Virus record (IMG/VR): IMGVR_UViG_3300036770_004723
Span: 186,001-250,000 of that record
Direction: 5' to 3' (one strand)
DNA: 64,000 nt
The translations under genes were made by a program, and so were the position numbers. The notes beneath the pieces were generated by a model. It saw nothing but the letters and a program-made list of their open reading frames with translations, did not search any database and had not been told where the DNA came from. How positions within the stretch are numbered: position 1 is the stretch's first letter; every line of letters begins with the position of its first letter. Positions 17,445 to 27,347 of the stretch are shown here, piece after piece.

Positions 17445-18299
17445 ATGGAATACCAAATTGATTGTCAAGATTTGCCCAGCAGAGGAACATCTTACCCAAA
17501 CAAACAGATTAATATTAAGCCACTGGATTTCGAACAATTATTAAATATCTCTGAAAGTGATGCGACAGGTGATGATCTGCTTTACGTTATAGCAATAAAA
17601 GAATGCACCGATCTGCCTGAAGGTGTATTTTTAGATGTTTCAGATTTTTATTTAGTTTCCTCAATTGTCAGACTTATCTCTTTTGATGAAATGCCGGTTA
17701 CTATGAAATGGAACTGCGCAGAACGTCATTTAAAACTAAAATTGTTAGATTCTAATGAAAAAATCTGCGAAATGCTTACAGCTAAAGGTTTTCATGTATC
17801 TGATGACATTTGGACAAAGTTTTCTGTAAGTGAAAAAGAATATACTGAATTAAATACATTGTTAGATGGTAAGGCTGAAGGTTCTTGGTATACATGCGGC
17901 ACAACAAATACTTTTGATCTAACACCTGATCATTTAATGAAACATGTAAAACAGTTACCTAAAGAAATCGATCTAGCATCTGGATTTAAACTACCTAATT
18001 CAATTGACATACCTGAATATAAAACTTTAGGAAAAGATTTACGCATTGCAAAACTTTTACGTGTTTGTATGTGGTTAGACCCTAAAGAATTCGGATCAAA
18101 CTTAATAGATAGATTTAATTATCTAAAATCTGCTGAAAATTCAGTTGCAATGTCATTGATACAAAAAGCTTTGAAATACGATCAAACATATAAAGCAGGA
18201 TTATCAAAAATTATTCTTAGTTCGGGCTGTTCTTGCTGTGGTTCAGCCACACATAGCTCGGTTTTATCTATTAGCCCTAAAATGTTTTTTACAGGATAA
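17445..18299 (+). CDS. Baseplate hub assembly protein (T4 gp26-like)
   Basis: DLPSRG..Y...IKPL; D..L...RLISF; WNC..CG..N Cys motifs. Confidence 0.55.
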   Translation: MEYQIDCQDLPSRGTSYPNKQINIKPLDFEQLLNISESDATGDDLLYVIAIKECTDLPEGVFLDVSDFYLVSSIVRLISFDEMPVTMKWNCAERHLKLKLLDSNEKICEMLTAKGFHVSDDIWTKFSVSEKEYTELNTLLDGKAEGSWYTCGTTNTFDLTPDHLMKHVKQLPKEIDLASGFKLPNSIDIPEYKTLGKDLRIAKLLRVCMWLDPKEFGSNLIDRFNYLKSAENSVAMSLIQKALKYDQTYKAGLSKIILSSGCSCCGSATHSSVLSISPKMFFTG

Positions 18300-18303
18300 A
18301 AAG

Positions 18304-19245
18304 ATGTTCTGGAATATAGGCGGATTACCTTCTAACTATAAATGGTACGATTTTAAAGTAGTCAAAGTACGCGATATCCTCATACAAGATCTAAATCCTT
18401 TAGAGTTGGCTCGTTTGCAATCTAGAGTTGCAGATCTAGTATCTGTTCTATCTTCCATAACAAATTTAACTGAAGAAAACACTTACTGTTTGACTTTAGG
18501 TGATGCTGTTTATATAATGGCCTACTTAAGAAAAGCTTGTTACACAGAAAGTCATTTGACCTTAACTTGGGATTGCAATGCTTCTACCGTAAAAAACAGT
18601 AAAGGCATTGTTTTCCCTGAGTATCAGGATTTAAATGATAAAGAACTAAAGATCCTTAAACTACATAGAGACTTCTGTGGAACTAAGAATACAAATCTAG
18701 TTTATTCTTATCAGTATAAATTTAAGCCTGTAATTCCAGATTGGACGCAAATAACTATACCTAATAATTGCCATGTGCCTACTTTAAAAGATTTGCACAT
18801 TTTAGAAGAATGGCAAGACACAGATCCAAAGCTTTACATAAAATATGAACGCTTTTTCAATCAACTTCTGTGCCTTAATGGTAATACTGTAGATGAAAAA
18901 ATTTGTTCTTTCAAGCAAGCTTTTGACCTTAAGCAATTAAATCTTATTAAGAAATTTCATGATGATTCTTATCACGGAATTGATCTGATGTATGATCTGC
19001 AATGTAACTGCTGTCATAATAAACCTACTGTTACACAAAGCCTTACAGCCCATGAAGTTTTACCTAATATATCTAGCAGTTCCGTAATGAACATGCAGTA
19101 CAATTTAATGCAAACTATGAACTCTATTATAGCAGAAAACACTCCAATAAAAAAATTGCTGTATTGGCATAGTACACATCAAAAACACGAGCAAGAACGC
19201 GCACAAAAACGTGCCGCTCTTAAAAATACTCGTAGGAGAAGATAA
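18304..19245 (+). CDS. Baseplate hub assembly protein paralog (gp26-like)
   Basis: Start moved to ATG 18304; GLPSNY, LRKACY, WDC, CGTKN and CNCC parallel the previous gene. Confidence 0.55.
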   Translation: MFWNIGGLPSNYKWYDFKVVKVRDILIQDLNPLELARLQSRVADLVSVLSSITNLTEENTYCLTLGDAVYIMAYLRKACYTESHLTLTWDCNASTVKNSKGIVFPEYQDLNDKELKILKLHRDFCGTKNTNLVYSYQYKFKPVIPDWTQITIPNNCHVPTLKDLHILEEWQDTDPKLYIKYERFFNQLLCLNGNTVDEKICSFKQAFDLKQLNLIKKFHDDSYHGIDLMYDLQCNCCHNKPTVTQSLTAHEVLPNISSSSVMNMQYNLMQTMNSIIAENTPIKKLLYWHSTHQKHEQERAQKRAALKNTRRRR

Positions 19246-19247
19246 AC

Positions 19248-21602
19248 ATGGAAACCAAAGAAATTGAAAATAGTGAAGTACAAAATCTGCTAGATATTCT
19301 TGATAACTATGTTCCAGACTCTTCTCTGGTTAACCAAGATAATTCCTCCGATTATATTATAGATCCTTCAGATTTTGCTTCTGACCTAACAGATAAAAAT
19401 ATTGAGTCTTATGTTACAGTTACTTCAGAAGCTATTAATGTGGAAAACACTGATATAGTAGATGATTCAGATCAAAACACTATACAGATAACAGACAACA
19501 CTGAAGTAGTTGAAAGCGTTACTGAACTACAGGAAACTACTGAGAACGTAGTTGATCTTATAGAAGAAGGTAATAAAGAACAATCCACTTTACTGAATAG
19601 CATTGATGATACTTTAAAAGATCAGTTTGAGGCACAAGAAAGAGATCGTAGAAAAGCCGCTATTATAAATGAAACAACTCCATTTGACCATTTTGTCAAC
19701 GCACAGAATACTAGAGACGCTGACGTAAATCAAAATAACGGAGGTGGTTTATTAGGTGGACTTATTCCTCCGTTTGGGGGCGGTGCAAAAGATCGCAAAG
19801 ACAAAGATAAAAAATGGAAAGATAAGACTAAAGGTGAGAAATTTAAAACAGGTCTTGCTACTACAGGTAAATATGCTGCTATCGCTACGTTACTAGGTCT
19901 TGTAGGTTTAACCGCAAAGGATAAATTATTTCCAGAAGGAATGCCTGATTGGATGCCTTTTGTAGGTGAAGATGAAGATGGTAATAGTGATAGTCCTATA
20001 AGTGACGCAGTTGCTACAGTAGGATTGGCCGGTGCAGGTTATTACGGAGCTAAGAAAGCAGGACAAGCTGTTTTTGGTAACGACGTTAAAATCAGTGACG
20101 TCGATTCAAAAGTAGATGTTAATGATTTAGATCCAGACTCTAAAAATACAAAAGCTATATCAGATAACACAAAAGATTTGGATACAGATAAAAACAAATC
20201 CAGTTGGTTTAAATCTTTAGGTAAAAAGTTTAGTGATAGCCCTGAAGACATAGATCCTAAAGATTCCAAATTTAAGTTTTCAGGAAAAGGAATGGCTGCA
20301 ATTACTGTGCTGGCTTCTGGCATAAATGCTTATCAGCAAGTTTCTGAAATAAACAAAGATGAAGATCTTACGGAAGAAGATAAAAATAAAAAAATTGCAA
20401 ACCTAGCTGGAACAACAGCTGTTGACACTACAGCACAACTTGCTGGAGGATTAGCTGGTGCTAAAGCTGGTGCTGCGTTAGGTGCCACTATAGGTACTCT
20501 TGTATTTCCAGGTATTGGTACTGCGGTAGGTGGTGCGATAGGTGGCATTGCAGGATCTATTGGTGGATCTATGGCAGGATCTATGATTATGGACACCTTA
20601 GGTTTTACTGAAGCAGGCGGCGAAGTTGCAACTGCTGCCTACGAAACAGTTGCAGATATTTCAGACACCGCAAGTAAAATGTATGATAATGCAGAAAAAA
20701 TTTATGTGGATACTGTAGAATCAGGTAAAAAATTAGCAGATGCTGCTACAACTTCTATATCTAAATATGTAAGCGGTTTGTTTAGTTATACAGATTCCAC
20801 TGCTAGTTCCATCAAAAATAATACAGATGAATCTGCAAATTTGATCACTGAGAGTACAGCATATTTCAATACTAAAACAGGCGAACTATTAAATCCTGAA
20901 TCAAAAAATGCAAACTCTATAGGGCAAACAGTTTCCTTGATGTCGCAATGGCCTATGATGTTTGCCCCTATACTAGGGCTTGTTGGTACAGACATGCAAA
21001 AGCTTTTTGGGGAGTTTGGTTCAACAATTACCGATAGTATAAATACGTTAACTGAAGAATTAGGTGAACTAGGGGATTTACTTTGGGATAATCTTGTAAA
21101 TGTTTTTGAAGGTGATGATGAAACAGATCGTGCTCTAGAAGATGCGAAGAAAAAATTTAACGGGAATTCTTCGGATCAAGAAACAGGTTTCTTCAAAAAT
21201 CTTTTCGGAAATAATAAGCCAAAAAACAATATTATTGTAGTACCTAATTCATCTTCAGGTAACGTGCCTGCACCAAAAGTTCCTAACTATAGACCTAATT
21301 CATTTAAATCTCCTGAGATAAAATCAGATATAATGGATTCAGGTATGAACGTGCAAGCTGTAGATAATGTTCAGGTAGTACCTATGGAAACTCAATCTCC
21401 ATTTAAAGAAACAGTTAATAATTATTATGGTTCGAATAGTGTTAAACCTAAAGCAGATAAACCTGTTATGAAAATGGTTCCTAGAAGAGAAATGAAGAAA
21501 GCAGAAAACAATGGAATTTCATTTGCGGCACCTTCACTGGATAATACTCCAAACACAGTACAGGATGCTACTTTAGGGTTATTAAATATAGGGGTTTTGT
21601 AA
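19248..21602 (+). CDS. Tape-measure/baseplate hub-like protein
   Basis: 784 aa; glycine-zipper GAALGATIGTLVFPGIGTAVGGAIGG; hydrophobic segments; position in the tail module. Confidence 0.55.
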   Translation: METKEIENSEVQNLLDILDNYVPDSSLVNQDNSSDYIIDPSDFASDLTDKNIESYVTVTSEAINVENTDIVDDSDQNTIQITDNTEVVESVTELQETTENVVDLIEEGNKEQSTLLNSIDDTLKDQFEAQERDRRKAAIINETTPFDHFVNAQNTRDADVNQNNGGGLLGGLIPPFGGGAKDRKDKDKKWKDKTKGEKFKTGLATTGKYAAIATLLGLVGLTAKDKLFPEGMPDWMPFVGEDEDGNSDSPISDAVATVGLAGAGYYGAKKAGQAVFGNDVKISDVDSKVDVNDLDPDSKNTKAISDNTKDLDTDKNKSSWFKSLGKKFSDSPEDIDPKDSKFKFSGKGMAAITVLASGINAYQQVSEINKDEDLTEEDKNKKIANLAGTTAVDTTAQLAGGLAGAKAGAALGATIGTLVFPGIGTAVGGAIGGIAGSIGGSMAGSMIMDTLGFTEAGGEVATAAYETVADISDTASKMYDNAEKIYVDTVESGKKLADAATTSISKYVSGLFSYTDSTASSIKNNTDESANLITESTAYFNTKTGELLNPESKNANSIGQTVSLMSQWPMMFAPILGLVGTDMQKLFGEFGSTITDSINTLTEELGELGDLLWDNLVNVFEGDDETDRALEDAKKKFNGNSSDQETGFFKNLFGNNKPKNNIIVVPNSSSGNVPAPKVPNYRPNSFKSPEIKSDIMDSGMNVQAVDNVQVVPMETQSPFKETVNNYYGSNSVKPKADKPVMKMVPRREMKKAENNGISFAAPSLDNTPNTVQDATLGLLNIGVL

Positions 21603-22397
21603 TTGAACTATTTAATGTTGGACAATAGAAATCTTCCTGGTGTTCGCGGAATAAATGCGTCAAAACCTGCTGTAGTAAAAGGAATAAATGTAAATCCTAT
21701 ATATAGAACATCCATAAGGAATAGAACAGGTACACTGGCTTTTAATGGGTACGTTCCTACAGATTTTCAAATCGCATTATCTAGCGGATGGGCACCTATA
21801 TATTCAGGTACTTTCGCTGATTTTATGGCACAGTCTGGAGCAGTTTCTGGAGGTGTAGCTTCTGGAACTAATGCACTTGCAGGTTTAGCTGGCGGATCTA
21901 CACGAATTAAAGCTATGACAGCGCAATCTTGGACAGAGCCTGCCTATTTACAGCTAAGTTTACCTATACAAGTTCATGCGTATTCCGATACAAATAAAGA
22001 AGTAATACAGCAGATGATAAAAATCAGTAGACTTACCACACCTTCAGAAAAAGGTAATGCTGCTGATACAGGAATTAACGTTAACTTAGGTGCCTTATCT
22101 CCGCCAGGTCCCGCTGCTGCTTCAAGTATGTTGCAGGAATTCGGAAACTCTAATTTCACTATTGATGATGAATTTGAATTTATTTGCCAGATAGGTAAAT
22201 TTTTTAGAATGTCTCCTTGTATAATAACTAACGTAGTCGGCGCTTTTGATGGCCAACTTGAAGACCAAACAGGCAATCCCTTAGGTGTTGAATTCAATAT
22301 AGAGGTGAGTTCTTATTTTGCGGTAACACAGCAAGATATACAAAAGTGGTTTGCCGGAAACTTTGGTAATGAATTTAGTGAAGGCGACAATGTATGA
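21603..22397 (+). CDS. Baseplate/tube-cap protein (gp48-like)
   Basis: Position after the tape-measure-like gene; CIITNV...GNP motif typical of tube-initiator proteins. Confidence 0.45.
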   Translation: MNYLMLDNRNLPGVRGINASKPAVVKGINVNPIYRTSIRNRTGTLAFNGYVPTDFQIALSSGWAPIYSGTFADFMAQSGAVSGGVASGTNALAGLAGGSTRIKAMTAQSWTEPAYLQLSLPIQVHAYSDTNKEVIQQMIKISRLTTPSEKGNAADTGINVNLGALSPPGPAAASSMLQEFGNSNFTIDDEFEFICQIGKFFRMSPCIITNVVGAFDGQLEDQTGNPLGVEFNIEVSSYFAVTQQDIQKWFAGNFGNEFSEGDNV

Positions 22398-22705
22398 AAG
22401 ATATTATTTTAGGTATCGATCAACATGGATTGGATCCTTTTAAGAATGATTTAATGGATGAAATCTTTAATATAACTGAGTGTGATACTGTTACTGTTGG
22501 TGCAAAATATGTCAGTAATCCACAGCTAATGAGTTATGACTACTTAGGTAATGTTGAACTTTACTTTATTATTCTTATGTATAACGGTCTAGGCAATAGC
22601 TTTAAACTAGAGCGGGACATGACTATACTCGTACCTAAGGTTGAAAGAGTTAAAGAAATTTTAAGTAGGCGAACTGTAGCGAAAATTCAAAGGATAAGTA
22701 TATGA
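22394..22705 (+). CDS. Baseplate wedge LysM-like protein (gp53-like)
   Basis: PQLMSYDYLGNVELYFIILMYNG...ILVP pattern. Confidence 0.6.
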   Translation: MKDIILGIDQHGLDPFKNDLMDEIFNITECDTVTVGAKYVSNPQLMSYDYLGNVELYFIILMYNGLGNSFKLERDMTILVPKVERVKEILSRRTVAKIQRISI

Positions 22706-24615
22706 TCGGGCAAAGCAACAGCGGTGTACGTGTAAGAATTAAAATAAATGATAAAGACCTGCCGCCTGCTAATGATTTCTTTCATAGTTTTTATATTTAT
22801 TATGGCTTTGGTTATAAAGTTCCGACACTTTCACTTACAGTCATAGACAAAAATAAATTGCTGACTGGCCCATTTTCTTTAGTTGATGGATCCAAAATAA
22901 CACTTATCTACGGTGTTTCCTCAAAGCCAGATCGTGAATTATCTTTTAGTTTGATCTCGGCTAAGCCTACACAATCAGATTCTGGTGTAATATTTAATAT
23001 TATTGCTGTAATGGGTAAGCCGAATTATATTTTCGGTGCCCAGCAAGAAAGTAAGCGCGGGACAAGTGTAAACGCTATTAAGCAAATCGTTGAAGCTAGC
23101 GGTATGGTATATGACGGAGATGTTCAAACTGATGATAGCATGACATGGCTTAACGTAGGTAAAAGCCGTATGTTATGGATTCAGGACATACTCGCTAAAT
23201 CATACAAAGACGACAATAGTTTAGTTGTAGGTATGCAAGATCTGGATAACACGTTTAAAGTACGTGAAATGTTTGAACTTGCCCAATCCAAAGAACAATA
23301 TGAAGTATTTATAGGTGATTTTCCTCAGAAGAAATTTAAAGTCAATGAATTTTTTGCCTCACAGTACAAACCATTTAACTACTCGGGTATTTCAAATTTA
23401 CTATTTAATTATGGGCATGTACGTACTCAGCAAAAAATTGACGGCACTATTGATAAGTATGATACAGTCAATCCACCTGTTTTAGGCGATGGCCTTTCCA
23501 TTAATCAAAGTATTCGTGATAGTTTTACCTATAGTTCTAGCCGTACATCTAAATACTACGATAGCGGCATAAGTGAAAAACTTAATGGATCTAATGCTCA
23601 TAAAAAATACTATGAAGCAGCTGTACTGAATAATCGCTATCTTACCCTTTTTAATTCAGGTATTCAGATTAATATAATGGGGCAAGTTGAAATTCCTTTA
23701 TTCAGTGTGATCAAGGTCAATGCTGTAAATCAATACCAAACACTAGAAACCCAAGAAAATTTAAATGGTAATTATATAATAGGATCTGGAATAGTTGCGT
23801 GTGTAGGAAAAGAGTATAGAGAATTTTATAGTTTATACCGACACTATGTAAACGAAAGCGGCAACACTCCACTGTTAGGATCTAAAAATGCGGATCCTAA
23901 CAGTAAAAAACCTGCTATGGAAAAAGCTAATAGTGTTGTAGACTACTCTGACCCAGTGAAAGATCAATCATTGAGCAAGCAAGCAGCTAGCTTAGCTTCT
24001 GGCGTAAATAACGCAGCACAGAATTTAGTTCAAGGACAGGACAATATAAAAAGTGGATTTGATAAATTTATAGACACAGCTATGCAGCAGATTTCAGATC
24101 TTGAAAAATCTTTTGAAGCAGAATCTAGTTCTTTTGGTTTTGCAGAACTTGCAGCTAAATACACAGCAGGCAAAGACCAGCTTATGAATTTATTAAATGA
24201 ATTCAGCTTTGCCAAAAGTATTTTAGAGAATTGTGGCAAACTGAACCCTTTAGAAAGTTTGGTTATTGATCTGGTTAAATTAAATTTAAATGGACTAGTC
24301 GATTTGATTGTAGATCGTATAGGTCGAGTAGAAGGTTTGCAAGCTAAACTGCTAAATGAAATAAATAGTTTGCTTGCTTTAGGTGATTTGAATGGAGGTT
24401 ATTTGAGTGCGCCTCAGCTTAATGTTAGCTGCCGTACTTTTGCACAAGACCATTTGAATGCTGCACTTAGGGATCTATATCCAGATCAGTGCATTGATAA
24501 TTTTAACATGAATAGATTAAGATTCCCTTTTAATAAATTGACTAGACTTCGACGACTGCTGATGTCTTTATTAAGAGATCTTTTATGTGCCTTAGGTGAG
24601 AATTCAGAAATATGA
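22702..24615 (+). CDS. Baseplate hub protein (gp27/VgrG-like)
   Basis: Precedes the gp5-like gene; LNGNYIIG motif; helical C-terminal extension. Confidence 0.5.
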   Translation: MIGQSNSGVRVRIKINDKDLPPANDFFHSFYIYYGFGYKVPTLSLTVIDKNKLLTGPFSLVDGSKITLIYGVSSKPDRELSFSLISAKPTQSDSGVIFNIIAVMGKPNYIFGAQQESKRGTSVNAIKQIVEASGMVYDGDVQTDDSMTWLNVGKSRMLWIQDILAKSYKDDNSLVVGMQDLDNTFKVREMFELAQSKEQYEVFIGDFPQKKFKVNEFFASQYKPFNYSGISNLLFNYGHVRTQQKIDGTIDKYDTVNPPVLGDGLSINQSIRDSFTYSSSRTSKYYDSGISEKLNGSNAHKKYYEAAVLNNRYLTLFNSGIQINIMGQVEIPLFSVIKVNAVNQYQTLETQENLNGNYIIGSGIVACVGKEYREFYSLYRHYVNESGNTPLLGSKNADPNSKKPAMEKANSVVDYSDPVKDQSLSKQAASLASGVNNAAQNLVQGQDNIKSGFDKFIDTAMQQISDLEKSFEAESSSFGFAELAAKYTAGKDQLMNLLNEFSFAKSILENCGKLNPLESLVIDLVKLNLNGLVDLIVDRIGRVEGLQAKLLNEINSLLALGDLNGGYLSAPQLNVSCRTFAQDHLNAALRDLYPDQCIDNFNMNRLRFPFNKLTRLRRLLMSLLRDLLCALGENSEI

Positions 24616-25415
24616 GACCTACTTCAGAATTATTAAGATCTTTAGAACGTAAAGGACTAGATCCTACAACTCCACACAAGGCAATTGTAGTAGATAATAA
24701 CGATCCTGATAAACTATTCAGGATCAAAGCACGTATTCCAATATTGCAGGATGCAATTGAAGATAATGATCTACCTTGGTTGATTCCAGAAGATAACATA
24801 CATCCGAGAGGTCTAACTGGCGGTGTGTTAGGTCATTCAGCAAGTGTTTGGGGTACTCCAAAACGTGGATCTTGGGTCAGTGTTTATTATCGGCATGACG
24901 GAGATCCGCATAATGGATCTTATTCTGTTCGTGTTCCATTTGACAAAGAAACACTGGCTGAAGAATTCGAAGTAAACTATCCAGATAGATTAGGCTATGT
25001 ATTACCTAGCGGCATGTATTTTGTAGTCGATGAAAGAACAAAAGAAGTTTTTGTTAACTTTCCAGGTGATTATCACATGACTGTTTTTGGTGATGTTTTC
25101 CAATCTGTTATAGGTAACTACCAAGTACATGTAGCGAAAGATGTAAGTGCTATACCAGATTACTTAAAAGATAATGTAAGTAGTCTTCTTGAAAGCTTAG
25201 GGCCTCAGGCTAAAAAGCGCATTAAATTTAAAGGATTGGGTAAAACAGACAGCGGCAACATGCACTTTACTGTTGAAGGTGATTATACGCAAAAAGTCTT
25301 GGGCGATCATATACTTCAAATACAAGGTAAACAACGTGTCGAAGTACGTGGTAGTGTGGACTACGAAGCACAGTCACAATTCAAGATAAACGGTTCACGT
25401 ATTGATCTGGCTTAA
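24612..25415 (+). CDS. Baseplate spike protein (gp5/gpV OB-fold plus beta-helix)
   Basis: AIVVDNNDPDKLFRIKARIP...LPW; VxG repeats; ends RIDLA. Confidence 0.8.
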   Translation: MRPTSELLRSLERKGLDPTTPHKAIVVDNNDPDKLFRIKARIPILQDAIEDNDLPWLIPEDNIHPRGLTGGVLGHSASVWGTPKRGSWVSVYYRHDGDPHNGSYSVRVPFDKETLAEEFEVNYPDRLGYVLPSGMYFVVDERTKEVFVNFPGDYHMTVFGDVFQSVIGNYQVHVAKDVSAIPDYLKDNVSSLLESLGPQAKKRIKFKGLGKTDSGNMHFTVEGDYTQKVLGDHILQIQGKQRVEVRGSVDYEAQSQFKINGSRIDLA

Positions 25416-25425
25416 GGAATTAATT

Positions 25426-26199
25426 ATGAAGTTACTTGAAACCACATTTAAAATTAATGTATTTGAAACTATAGGTGAACCTGCTGGTATCTTCATGGAA
25501 TTTCCATATCAACCTGCTAAAACAGCTGAATACTTTAGGCAGTACGTTATTTTACCTGCTTTAAATGTATATGAACGTATTGAAGTTGACTTAGGCGATA
25601 TAGCTTATTCTGCAAGTTGGTTAATAGAGGCTTTTGCTGGCTTAATAAACTATGGAATACTTACACTTGAAGAATTTAAAAGAAAAGTATTTATTACTTG
25701 TCAAGGGCACCATTTCTATTCTGTACAAATCAATCAATACGTAGCACAAGCCATTTATAATTCTAAAATTTATATTGAACGGAACAAAATAAATTTTGAT
25801 TTAGGTACTACATCTAAATGTAATCTTTTTACCGATACATTAAAAGAATCAAAAGAAACCGTTGTATTAGTATACGAGAATTTTGAAATACCTAACCCAA
25901 ACTTAAATATTTTATGTTTAGAGCTATGTGGTTCAGTTACGGCTTTACGGCAATTAGTCGATGAAAACGATGTTTTAGTTTATCCCTTACGTGCTAGTTT
26001 GCGCAGCATATACAGCTTAGAGAATAAGGATTTTCGAGAATTAATGTGTAGATCTGGAATGACATTTAACATGTTTAGCTGTGATCGAGATAACGTAGAA
26101 CAAGAACTAAATGAAATCTGTACGCACACAGATCACAGAGTTCGGGTGTTACGTAGATTGCTGCGCACTCCTGAATTAACTATCTTCGATGAAAAATGA
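25426..26199 (+). CDS. Protein with N-terminal STAS-like (DUF4325-type) domain
   Basis: AEYFRQYVILPAL..IEVDL...YSASWLIEAFAGL; start moved to 25426. Confidence 0.5.
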   Translation: MKLLETTFKINVFETIGEPAGIFMEFPYQPAKTAEYFRQYVILPALNVYERIEVDLGDIAYSASWLIEAFAGLINYGILTLEEFKRKVFITCQGHHFYSVQINQYVAQAIYNSKIYIERNKINFDLGTTSKCNLFTDTLKESKETVVLVYENFEIPNPNLNILCLELCGSVTALRQLVDENDVLVYPLRASLRSIYSLENKDFRELMCRSGMTFNMFSCDRDNVEQELNEICTHTDHRVRVLRRLLRTPELTIFDEK

Positions 26200-26542
26200 T
26201 ATGTATTTAGATATAGCTATAATAACCACGGAACCCACTGAACTTCAGTGTTTAAACAAAAAGATTGATAGTGCCTTAAAATTAGAAGGACTTAATTGGG
26301 GTGCTTCCAGAATATTCATATTAAACACTGACCCAAGTATGTTGAATGTAACGCAAAAATTTCACAGGACAGAATTTGCAGGAATAGTTTGGGCCAAAGA
26401 TATAAAACAATTATATTCTTGCACCTATTTTCTATACGCAAGTAGTATAAAAGACAGACATAAATTTAATGCCTTGAAAAAGAAATTTAAAAATTTAAAA
26501 CGCTCTAAGTTTTTAAATTTATCCGACACTAATTTAAGCTAA
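26189..26542 (+). CDS. Hypothetical protein
   Basis: ORF track; overlapping operon arrangement. Confidence 0.5.
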   Translation: MKNDMYLDIAIITTEPTELQCLNKKIDSALKLEGLNWGASRIFILNTDPSMLNVTQKFHRTEFAGIVWAKDIKQLYSCTYFLYASSIKDRHKFNALKKKFKNLKRSKFLNLSDTNLS

Positions 26543-26567
26543 TGTTGGATTTTATAGGTATAGATTT

Positions 26568-26915
26568 ATGACCAGAGTAGAATTAAACGATTTCTGCTTG
26601 TTGTTGGTCAACAAGTCACTTGATGATTGCACAAACTTTAAAGGAATATCCTTACTGCATTACGCTAGTAATTTTAATGGGTATGATTATGGATGCCATA
26701 TTCATTATTATGGAAAATACAATGTTGTTGAATTCACTTGTGATGGCGTTGATGCTGATACAGTATATTTTGAATATGATCGAAACGAGTATGATCAGGC
26801 TCTAAAACATTTCATGGATATCATTGCAAACTATGAATCTGACTTAGATACCATTTACATCAGAAATCAAATATCTTGCTTATATGATAAGGAAGTTTTT
26901 GATGCAAGATCCTAA
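26568..26915 (+). CDS. Hypothetical protein
   Basis: ORF with AGGT SD. Confidence 0.55.
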   Translation: MTRVELNDFCLLLVNKSLDDCTNFKGISLLHYASNFNGYDYGCHIHYYGKYNVVEFTCDGVDADTVYFEYDRNEYDQALKHFMDIIANYESDLDTIYIRNQISCLYDKEVFDARS

Positions 26916-27267
26916 TGTAGATCATTTTATATCGAAAATGCGAAAGCACAGAGAAGTATGTCTTATGGACATAATGCCTTCTTACCTAAGGCAAGTTAAT
27001 GGAGTGTTCTATAAAAGCTGTGTACTTGAAAGAATATATGTTCAACCTAAATTTAGATGTAAAGGTGTAGGCAAGGCTATGATTTTTCGCCTTGCCTCTT
27101 TTGCAGATAAAAACCAATTCCTTGTCCTATTAAATGATTCGACAGCTTACGGATCAGACCCTAAGAGATTAAGAAAATTTTACATTGATATGGGATTTGT
27201 GTTGGCAAAAAATCTAGGTATACACGATTACACTCTATGCAGAATACCTATTAAAAGGCAGCAGTAA
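26902..27267 (+). CDS. GNAT-family acetyltransferase
   Basis: IYVQPKFRCKGVG acetyl-CoA motif A; LRKFYIDMGF motif B. Confidence 0.8.
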   Translation: MQDPNVDHFISKMRKHREVCLMDIMPSYLRQVNGVFYKSCVLERIYVQPKFRCKGVGKAMIFRLASFADKNQFLVLLNDSTAYGSDPKRLRKFYIDMGFVLAKNLGIHDYTLCRIPIKRQQ

Positions 27268-27279
27268 TGCTGCTTTTTG
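27253..27279 (+). terminator. Intrinsic terminator
   Basis: AAAAGGCAGCA-GTAA-TGCTGCTTTTTG. Confidence 0.7.
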
Positions 27280-27347
27280 CGTTTGTACAGTATAAAACTA
27301 TAATTTATATAGGTAAGTACGAAACTTATAACCAAGAGGATTTTTAG

